DNA of 36,031 nucleotides. It comes from Basidiobolus ranarum (lineage: Eukaryota). The stretch lies in contig JASJQH010000061.1 of the NCBI GenBank assembly GCA_040143965.1, forward strand, positions 1-36,031, in the 5' to 3' direction. Positions 1-8,671 of this stretch are shown here, one piece after another. The notes beneath the pieces were generated by a model, which was given only the letters and a program-made list of their open reading frames with translations, did not search any database and was not told the DNA's origin. The first letter of the stretch is position 1; each line of letters opens with the position of its first letter. Both the position numbers and the translations under genes were made by a program.

Positions 1-174
1 AGAGCCGGAGATATGTTCTGTGCCATGAGTAATTTCGTCGGCAAGGACTAAAGTATAGGGATTGGCTCGTTTAAGAATATTTCTAAGGTCGGACATTTCG
101 GCGACAAAAGAGGATTGGCCTTTGAGAATATTATCTTCGCTAAGGATGCGAGTCATGAGAGATTTGTAGGGAGC
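1..174 (-). CDS. MutS-family ATPase (domain V) internal fragment, MutS7-like; truncated by the window edge (C-terminal side) and by the copia junction (N-terminal side)
   Basis: Manual translation of the reverse complement of 174..1 gives the stop-free peptide APYKSLMTRILSEDNILKGQSSFVAEMSDLRNILKRANPYTLVLADEITHGTEHISGS. It contains the MutS N-2 motif (GQSSFxxEM), Walker B (LVLADE) and the following GT motif in canonical order and spacing. Confidence 0.85.
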
Positions 175-175
175 A

Positions 176-733
176 TCATAGCAGTTAAGTGGATTTTCAG
201 ATATTTGAAAGGTACTGTGGATCTGTACTTAAAATACACATGCTCTGGATCAAACTTTGATCTGATAGGATATTCAGATGCAAATTGGGTAAGCAATATT
301 GAAGACAGGAGATGTACATCAGGATACTATTTCTTTGCTGCAATGGAGCTATATCTTGGGACTCAAAGAAACAATCTACCTTATCACTTTCAACAACAGA
401 AGCAGAATACATGGCTACCTGTGAGGCAACAAAAGAAGCAATATAGTTAAGAAAACTATTAACAGATCTAGGTTATTCACAAAATTCACCAGCTACAATA
501 TTTCAAGATAATCAAAGTTGTATCAAATTAGCTAAAAGTCCACATTTCATAATAGAAGCAAACATATAGATATTAAGCATCACTTCATAAGAGAGACTAT
601 AGAGAATAAGTTTATTGACTTAACTTATTGTTCTACAGAAGACATGATTGCTGATATATTAACCAAACCATTAGATAGACAGGAATTTGATAAATTTAGA
701 CCTTCCTTAGGATTAGTTTATATAGCTATTTAG
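176..733 (+). mobile_element. Degenerate Ty1/copia LTR retrotransposon: end of RT plus RNase H (pseudogenised)
   Basis: AVKWIFRYLKGT...GYSDANW...RRCTSGY; after a frameshift near 348, [25 protein letters not shown]...EAI*LRKLL...IFQDNQSCIKLAK; after a second frameshift near 543, FHNRSKHIDIKHHFIRE...TEDMIADILTKPL; stop at 731-733. These are hallmark copia RNase H motifs with one in-frame stop and two frameshifts. Confidence 0.95.
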
Positions 734-735
734 TT

Positions 736-744
736 GAGGGAGAG
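736..744 (+). mobile_element. Polypurine tract (PPT) of the copia element
   Basis: GAGGGAGAG lies just after the pol stop and directly abuts the LTR start. Confidence 0.8.
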
Positions 745-1092
745 TCTTGAAATGGGGCTTGCCTAAACACCTGTATAGTCATATGTAGCTTAGTACTTAG
801 CTATCTTATATTTCACCAAGATATCATCCACTATTTGCAATTGGAATTTACTTAGAATATTTTTACCAACTTGGAAGTTCTCAGATACATAGATTTTTCA
901 AACTTGTGCTAGAAGCCCCAAACTTTGCACACATGATACTGGGACCTTCCTTAGCACATTCTACACATTAGTTTGCTTATATCTTGACAAAACTATAAAT
1001 GTCAACTTTCTACTCAATATTTCAATAAGTGAAAACCACCAATTTCTCTAATTCTCCAAACCACCTCCAACAGGCTCCCAAATACTTTAACA
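745..1092 (+). mobile_element. 3' LTR of the copia element (~348 bp)
   Basis: Starts right after the PPT with TCTTGAAA (mutated TGTTGAAA) and ends TTTAACA, forming the imperfect TGTT..AACA terminal inverted repeat. Internal TATAAA near 994. The first 32 nt match 36000-36031 at 26/32. Confidence 0.8.
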
Positions 1093-2033
1093 AGTATATA
1101 GTCCTATAAAACTTCACCCCAATTCACGCTTTAATCTAAACAACTTGAGCAATAATTAGCTTCTGGCAAAGCTGTGTATTGGAACTATATCTTTGGAGCT
1201 TGTATTTGAGAACACATGTGATTTTAACTGAATCAGCTGGTACCGAGATACTGAAAGCAGCAATGATTATCTTAATGTAAATAACCCCAATACGATATAT
1301 ATAGCCACTTCAGCTGTTAGAATTGTGGCATATGAGACCAAATTGTTGAAGTAAAATGCAAAGGATTTCGGTCAAACCTTCAAGCATTTGACACGAGTAA
1401 GACTCCATGTGGAAAAATTGAACCCGGAGAGTTGGAGCAAAAATTCAACTAGGCAGATGTTGATGAAGCAAAGGAACAACCAATTTCATTCTTGCATAAG
1501 AATTTTGAGTCAAGAAACATGATACTTGTAGGAAACCACATCACCCACTTGCATGATTCTGAATTTGTGAGTACATTCCCTTCAAAAACGAATGGTGCCC
1601 AGGACTCACTTGGTTATTTACCGAGTTCATTTGGGGAGCCAAAACAGCTCAAAAACCTAACCGAGAGACAAGCTTACTTATTATTTATCAAGTCGGAACG
1701 TAACGGAATTCCGATAAACAATGATTTTTGATCACAATCAACATATGACACTATTGATTTTATCTGTCTACGATGTTTAACAGTAGAGTAGGTGTTACAG
1801 AAGCTATTCAGTGTAATAGACTTCACTTGCTCAACATTCCACGTTCTACAGGTTGAGTGAAGTAAAAGTTAAAGAGAATCTATTTTGATTAAAAGAAAGC
1901 ACTTCATGTGGCAGTGAGATATTTCATGGTGAATAGCATTATTACAAATACTTTTGCATGTGAAATAACGGGGGATAGGATCATAAGGGAGACAGGATCA
2001 TAACGGTCGTGCTAATAAGGTATTATACGTTAT

Positions 2034-2199
2034 TGTAAGAAATATACACTTCAGTTGTTAATTGATTTAGTGGCTAGTTATTAATTGATTCAGTCAAGGG
2101 TGTTAATCGATTGAGATGGTTATTAATTGATTGTCATAAGATGGTATTTATTGCTATAGATGAAGCAAGATAACTCTACTCAAGACAATTATGGTTACA
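2034..2199. mobile_element. Possible short solo LTR
   Basis: TGTAA...TTACA termini; flanks GTTAT / GTCAC match at 3/5 and differ by two C>T changes (possible decayed TSD); internal repeated TTAATTGATT units. Confidence 0.3.
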
Positions 2200-3034
2200 G
2201 TCACTTATTTGAAATCATCTTTTTCTGACATAAAAGTCGATTTTAATGATGATTTAGCGTATCATAGATTGCGTATTATGAATAGTGGGAAAATTGACTG
2301 AAATAATGTCAAGCTAGAGACCACAGGCTTGGGCGTTAGTATAACCCTATTTTGTTGGGATACGAAGTATCACAGCGGCAGAGGCCAAGATCTGGTTTTG
2401 CATAGTCTAAGAGAGTATGAGAGTCAAAGAGCTCTAGTAAAAATACAAGTTTGTGGTGTAGTGCTGAGCTCATAATTTACTCGTTTGTATAATATGATAG
2501 AGCAGGCATTGAAAGGGTAACTGGCTATTCTTTGTACTTTATTATATTTCACTGCAGTTTCAGTATGTGAAGCTTTTCCTTCAAGAATTTTATAGTCTGC
2601 AGATCTTTATTCCAGAGCAACTTAAGAGTTTGTTATTCAGTGTTAATTGTATTACATAGCACTATTGTTAACGATGTTGTAACAATTTTCTTGCATGACA
2701 AGCTAAATCTGCATTACTGTATTTATTAATGATTTTGATTGAGATCTCGAAATTGGGAATTGGATAATTAATTAGATACCGAACTAGCTTGTGTTGACTT
2801 TCTCTCTATTATGTGTTATTTACTACATTAGTCGACAAAACAGACAATGTCGACTGCCGTTTTTATCGACCATTGTATTCCTTGTTATCAATAGGTGCAT
2901 AGATAGCAATCCATGAGAACAACTGTTAATAAGGCTTTTAAATGTATCAAGTTGAGTATTCTAAAGAAAAGTGTCTAGACTGTCTCCGATAACCAAATAC
3001 AACTCGGAATGTTCTACTAATCACTTGGATTTTA

Positions 3035-3061
3035 GCATTACAGGCATTACAGGCATTACAG
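3035..3061. repeat. 9-bp tandem repeat (GCATTACAG)x3
   Basis: Three perfect copies read directly from the sequence. Confidence 0.9.
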
Positions 3062-3522
3062 GAAACTCAATCATACACTGAAGACGTGATGCGTAGAAGT
3101 GAATTTCAGTTACAGAATGTGAACTCCAAAATTTTCCAATTTCCCATAAATGGAATAGCGTCCCCTGGACATGCATTCATTGTATTAATAATAACAAACT
3201 GGTATATATAGTACGGATTTTGTTGTATATCTCTCATTAGTAACGTTAGATTCGTGATTTTAAATATTTGATTCGCTCTCATGAATTAAGCAATACATAT
3301 ATATATATACAAACCTTAATTTACCATCACATTGGGAAATGAATTTATACTGAACTAATCTATACCTTCACCCTCACTCTCTCACGTTTAACATAGCCAA
3401 GGTTTCAACAACTCCCAGCAGGTTCAATGACCTGCTTTCCATCGAAGAGTTAAGAAATTTCTTGGGATATGCCACTTGTTACACAATTCAAGACGCTAAC
3501 GGATAATTTTCTACTTGGAAGG

Positions 3523-3530
3523 TATATAAA
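3523..3530 (+). promoter_or_regulatory. TATA box of the DAO-family gene
   Basis: TATATAAA about 90 bp upstream of the ATG at 3617. Confidence 0.55.
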
Positions 3531-3616
3531 TGAAACTACAGACCAATATCCAACATATTATCTGGCATTTTACTTCCACACTCGCCGACACTTGATAAGA
3601 GCTTAAGGTGCAAAAA

Positions 3617-4855
3617 ATGGATTCCGGAGACCTTTACAAGAAAGTAAAAATTACTCGTGCAGATGGTACCAAGCCTCATGTTCTTATTATCGGAGGAGGT
3701 GTTTCAGGTCTCACTACCGCTTGGACTTTGCGTAATTCTGGATGCAAAGTCACTGTTCTAGCCAAGCAATATGCTCAACGTGGAGCTCATGGGAAAGAGA
3801 TTGTCTCCGAGATTGCCGGTGCGCTATGGGAATGGCCACCTGCCGTTTGTGGCTCCCATGGAAAGGATACCGATACCCAGTTGAAAAATTTGCAACGTTG
3901 GTGTCAAATCTCCTATCTACAATTCAAAGATATTGCTGATAAATTCGGTGCAGATGATACCGGTATTCGTAAACGTATGTCGTGTTTCCTGTTTGATCGC
4001 AAATTAACCACTGGGGGCTTGAAAAAGAAGAATGAGATTGAAATAGTATGTGACGGATTTAATGACGATGTTCAAGCTCTGATCAAGAAATACAATATCA
4101 ATACAAATCTTGCGAAGAATGGTTACAACATCGTCGAGGGTTACGAGCATTTGTCATACGTCGTTGATCCTGGAAACTATCTTCACTGGTTAAAACGATT
4201 AGTTGAGGATAAAGACGTTACTCTCCTTCAAGGTGTCATTGAAGACACTCTTTATGAAGAAGCTCCTGATCTATTGAAGCGATTCAAAGCTGATATCATC
4301 GTCAACTGTACTGGTATGGCTTCAAGAGAGCTATGTAGCGATGAAAAAATGAAGCCCCTCCGTGGTATCCTGATTCATGCTAAGAATGATGGAAAGCGGT
4401 TCAAGAAAATTGAAAGCTGTATCTCCATCTCTCAACGTGATGCTGATGCCAATGCCACTGCTGAAGAAAAAAGAAAAGCCGATGAAGGAAGATTCGAGTT
4501 CATTGTACCTAGAAATGACGATATCCTTATTCTCGGCGGTTATGCCCAAATGGGAGAAGAAACATTAGAATGGAATGAAAAAGAGCATCAATACCTGGAG
4601 AGAATGAAAGCTGGATGTGTCAATCTCTATCCAGATTTAGCGAAAGCTGAATTCACTGATTACTACTATCGCGTTGGAATTCGCCCATTCCGTGATGAAC
4701 CCCGTGTAGGTCAAGATGATAAAAACCCCAAGATTTTCCACAATTATGGTCACGGAGGCTCAGGTTACACCCTTTCGTATGGTTGTGCATTAGACATTCG
4801 TAAAAGCGTTAAAGAGTACTTTGAAAATGAAATTAGACCTCGCAGTAACTTGTGA
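3617..4855 (+). CDS. FAD-dependent oxidoreductase, D-amino-acid oxidase (DAO) family; intronless, 412 aa
   Basis: Rossmann motif VLIIGGGVSG; SEIAGALWEWPPAVCG; DIIVNCTG; PLRG; VGIRPFR; and the C-terminal DAO signature HNYGHGGSGYTLSYGCA. First ATG at 3617. Ends in -SNL (PTS1-like). Confidence 0.9.
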   Translation: MDSGDLYKKVKITRADGTKPHVLIIGGGVSGLTTAWTLRNSGCKVTVLAKQYAQRGAHGKEIVSEIAGALWEWPPAVCGSHGKDTDTQLKNLQRWCQISYLQFKDIADKFGADDTGIRKRMSCFLFDRKLTTGGLKKKNEIEIVCDGFNDDVQALIKKYNINTNLAKNGYNIVEGYEHLSYVVDPGNYLHWLKRLVEDKDVTLLQGVIEDTLYEEAPDLLKRFKADIIVNCTGMASRELCSDEKMKPLRGILIHAKNDGKRFKKIESCISISQRDADANATAEEKRKADEGRFEFIVPRNDDILILGGYAQMGEETLEWNEKEHQYLERMKAGCVNLYPDLAKAEFTDYYYRVGIRPFRDEPRVGQDDKNPKIFHNYGHGGSGYTLSYGCALDIRKSVKEYFENEIRPRSNL

Positions 4856-5636
4856 GTGTCGCCGATTCGTAATATTCTTAACCACTCAATATTCTTTCTT
4901 GTTGTATCGAACCAGAAATCATGATGTAAAATGCGAACTCTAGATAATTTTTTCAATACAATATATACAGCGCCACCCAGCCCTTTTCTCTGAAATAAAC
5001 TAATTAAGCGCAACCAATGTGTAATATTCATCAAAGTGACTCTAACCCTAAATAATCCTTGTAAAGCATTTCATCCAACCAAGCAACTAAAATTAATATC
5101 TGATCTACTTATTAGGTTAGTGTGGTTAGGATTGTTCAACCATCAATCGCAATTCATCGTAAAACTATCTGGGTACATCTGAAACAGTTATAGATCAAGC
5201 CTATAACATTGTAAAGTAACAGTTTGTAGTATAGTTTGCAGTATTATTAAATGTCAGATCTTAGTTAATATTCATAAATTTCCTGCATATATTTGTCAAT
5301 TAACGATCATTCCACTACAATGTTAGGTTCAAAGGTCCTCTGATTGGTGTCTAAGTAGAGTTCAAATATCACTACCAACGCTCCATTTTAGATTTACGCC
5401 TTTTATTCCTGCCGGTGATGAAAATAACCAACTAGCAGTATAGTCTCATGATGGGAATACTGAGCCAACAAGGACGCTATACTTACTCATGTGCCACTGT
5501 TCTGTGGCTTTACTACTATAAAAAGTACATCATTATTCCTGGTTCAGCTGTTAATGATTAATTTATTCATCTTGTTGATTTTGATCAAACAGATTAACCG
5601 TAATTTCATGTTTGGTTTCACAAAAGAGAATCACAA

Positions 5637-6683
5637 TCATTTGGACTGATTGATATTTAATTTTGCCAATAACGCTTCAACTTGTGGTGCTTTGACTTCC
5701 GCCTCAGTAATACTGTTGAAAGTGAAATAAGGTTTCTCACCAAGGACTGTAACTCGTTCACCATGTCGAGCATATGGATAGTAATCTCCAGTAGCGTTGT
5801 GCTGAGTACTACGATTATCCCAAATAGCTACCGAGTTTGGAGTCCAACGCCAACGTACTTGTGCTTCGTGCGAGCGTTGTAAATGTTCGAACAAAAAGCT
5901 AAGAACTAGGTCTGACTCTATCGGATGCAGCTCCTTAATGGCTTTCGTAAATACTGAGTTCACAAATAGCCCTTTTTGATTTGTCAACGGATTAGTGCGC
6001 ACTAGTGGATGTTCAGTATTAATTGGAATATCTCTTGAAAGCGGCTGTCCAGAGGCCTCGGAGAGCTTGAGGAATAATTCTCCACTGTGAATACCTGTGA
6101 GTCCGTCCAAAAACTGTTGGAATTCGGGGCTTAACTTATCGTAAAGGGCATACGAGTTAGACCACAACGTGTCTCCTCCGGTTACTGGTACTTCTTTCAA
6201 TTGGAGAATGGAGAATGATGCTGGTTGTTCTTCGAATGAAATATCAGTATGCCAGGTGCCCTTTCTATATACCTCCCCTAGAGTTTGTTTGGAAGTCGTA
6301 ACTGCAGATGGAATTACAATTTCTGGATAAGAATTTGGAGTAGGAACGAATGGGTGAATATGAAGCTCGCCAAGTCGTCGGCCAAATGCCACCTGGCCAT
6401 CACGATCCAACTCTTGATCTCGGAAGAATACAACACCGCGTTCAGCAATCAAAGCTAAGAGATCCTCAAGTTGAGCATCAGTCAGCTTTGCCAATTGTAG
6501 GCCTTCGAGTTCGGTCCCGATAGATGGAGTCAAATCCGTACGTCTGGTAGCTGCATCTAGTAGATTTTTACGTTCCGGGTGAGCATTGAAGCCTTGAATG
6601 TACTTAGGATTACGATAATTATTGAGGGCCTTGGCTGCGCTATTATCCTTAGCAGAGATTATTTCTTGGCTTGTAATGGTCAT
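5637..6683 (-). CDS. Fe(II)/2-oxoglutarate-dependent sulfonate/taurine dioxygenase, TauD/TfdA family (JLP1-like), paralog A; intronless
   Basis: LTPSIGTE, ERGVVFFRDQ, WHTDISFE (HxD iron ligands), GGDTLW, EHPLVRTNP, AIWDNRSTQH (distal His), and the terminal ERVT Arg. Confidence 0.93.
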   Translation of the reverse strand: MTITSQEIISAKDNSAAKALNNYRNPKYIQGFNAHPERKNLLDAATRRTDLTPSIGTELEGLQLAKLTDAQLEDLLALIAERGVVFFRDQELDRDGQVAFGRRLGELHIHPFVPTPNSYPEIVIPSAVTTSKQTLGEVYRKGTWHTDISFEEQPASFSILQLKEVPVTGGDTLWSNSYALYDKLSPEFQQFLDGLTGIHSGELFLKLSEASGQPLSRDIPINTEHPLVRTNPLTNQKGLFVNSVFTKAIKELHPIESDLVLSFLFEHLQRSHEAQVRWRWTPNSVAIWDNRSTQHNATGDYYPYARHGERVTVLGEKPYFTFNSITEAEVKAPQVEALLAKLNINQSK

Positions 6684-7621
6684 ACTTCAGTGAAATGCTG
6701 ATGGGAGGAAGTAATGACGATTTCTATCTACCCTAGCTCTATATATACTCCGCCAGTGTCGCAATGATTTACAATGAGTTCACAATTTTCCGTAGCGGTT
6801 GCATCATTTTTTAATCCAGGTCAAAGCTCGATCCTACCAACGTTTGTGATCCCTTTCTGCTTTGGAGATATCTAAAGCATTAAGATTGCTCATACTACTA
6901 GGATACATTACATTAACCTTATATCTTGCTACAGTTAATACATATGGGCTTTCATAAAAGTTATTGCTTTTAGATCTGATTAAAAACTGAACTCGAACTT
7001 TCACATAGATTTGGCTTGAAAACTAGATTATGATCTAACTTGATTAGTTGATCGAATTTCAATCTTTTACGGGATGATAAGTTAACAGGATGTGAGTTTA
7101 TACTCCTATTACAATATTTAACAAATGCATTTGATTATGTTATTAATAGAGCTATCTTCACAAACGTGATTTTTATCTTTAATGATATTTCTTATCGGAG
7201 TAATTATTAGCCTTCAATATCATGCGAAAGACATCCAATCTAGAATACAAATGGACTTGAAGGGATCTCCTAATTCCTTTCAATCATCACCTAATCTAAT
7301 ATTGTCAAACTATATCATGATATCCTGTTGATATAAAGTCAAGCCATTAGAGTCAAGCTCATGGATCACAAACTCCAGACTCATATCTAACCCCAATAGC
7401 ACCTTTAGTAAACTGATTTTACCGTGACAAACCAGTTACATCAATCTGGATTGGATAGAATTTTGTGTAATGTAGACGATGATGTGACAGTTGAGTGCAA
7501 TTGTGGAAATACCTCGAATAATGGCGACACTCCCCGTATTATTCCACAGCCGAGTATATATACTAGCATATGTTAAGTGTATTATTATCACTCAAGTTTT
7601 AATACCATCTCTTTAAGCAAT

Positions 7622-8671
7622 ATGACCGTCACCAGCCAAGAGAACACTGCTTCTAACAATAATATCTCCAATAATTCTTTTAACGAGTATCGCAACCCCA
7701 AATATATTCAAGGGTTCAATGCTCACCCTGAATACAAGAACTTACTGGAGGTGGCAACCAAGCGTACAGACCTGACTCCTTCCATTGGAACTGAGATTGA
7801 AGGTTTACAGTTGGCGCAACTGACAGATGCTCAACTTGAGGATCTCTTAGCTCTGGCTGCTGTACGTGGTGTTGTATTCTTTCGTGAACAGAATTTCAGT
7901 CAGGAAGATGAAGTAGCTTTTGGCCGACGATTAGGTGAGCTCCACATTCATCCATTCATTCCAGCTCCCGACTCTTATCCTGAGATTGTGATTCCATCTG
8001 GAGCTGGAAAATCTTCTGCATACGTAGATAGTCTCTATCGCAAAGGTTCTTGGCACACTGATATCTCATTTGAAGAGCGTCCAGCATCATTCTCTATTCT
8101 TCAGCTGAAACAAGTTCCAAAAACAGGAGGGGATACTTTGTGGTCCAATTCGTACGCTCTCTATGACAAACTAAGCCCGGAATTCAAAGTTTTTCTCGAA
8201 AAACTCACAGCAGTTCACAGTGGGGATATTTTCATCAAGTCTGCTGAACTTTCTGGCAAGCCGCTGACAAGAGAGGTTCCAACCCATACCGAACACCCAC
8301 TAGTTCGCACAAATCCATTAACAAATCAGAAAGGGTTATTTGTCAATGCTGTTTTCACTAAAGCGATCAAAGAACTCACCCCAGTAGAGTCGGATATTAT
8401 TCTTGATCTTCTCTTCGCTCATCTTCAACGCACACACGAAGCACAAGTGCGATGGACTTGGACTGCTAATTCGGTTGCAATTTGGGATAATCGCAGTACT
8501 CAACATAATGCCACCTTTGACTACTATCCATACCTCAGATATGGTGAGCGTGTGACAGTGGTAGGCGAGAGACCCTATTTTGATCCCAATAGTACCACAG
8601 AAGCCGAAGTCAAAGCACCTCAAATTGAAGCTTTGTTAGAAAAACTCAAGTTGAGTCAGCTTGCACTCTAA
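7622..8671 (+). CDS. TauD/TfdA-family sulfonate dioxygenase (JLP1-like), paralog B; intronless
   Basis: Same motifs as paralog A with long identical blocks (YRNPKYIQGFNAHPE, GGDTLWSNSYALYDKLSPEF, TEHPLVRTNPLTNQKGLFVN). ATG at 7622 (MTVTSQE) aligns with the paralog A start (MTITSQE). Confidence 0.93.
   Translation: MTVTSQENTASNNNISNNSFNEYRNPKYIQGFNAHPEYKNLLEVATKRTDLTPSIGTEIEGLQLAQLTDAQLEDLLALAAVRGVVFFREQNFSQEDEVAFGRRLGELHIHPFIPAPDSYPEIVIPSGAGKSSAYVDSLYRKGSWHTDISFEERPASFSILQLKQVPKTGGDTLWSNSYALYDKLSPEFKVFLEKLTAVHSGDIFIKSAELSGKPLTREVPTHTEHPLVRTNPLTNQKGLFVNAVFTKAIKELTPVESDIILDLLFAHLQRTHEAQVRWTWTANSVAIWDNRSTQHNATFDYYPYLRYGERVTVVGERPYFDPNSTTEAEVKAPQIEALLEKLKLSQLAL

Noticed and set aside
115-450. 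111-aa + strand ORF from the track as a real gene
   Set aside because: It is a chimera: the antisense of the MutS fragment, then copia RT/RNase H, then out-of-frame sequence after the frameshift near 348.
2830-2855. 8-bp inverted repeat AGTCGACA...TGTCGACT
   Set aside because: An isolated short stem with no TSD or other support; compatible with chance.
5637-8671. Direct bacterial HGT origin for the TauD pair
   Set aside because: The N-terminal pattern (LTPSIGTE..GLQL..LTDAQL..L..L.AERGVVFFRDQ) is typical of fungal JLP1-like enzymes, and lacking introns is not sufficient evidence on its own.
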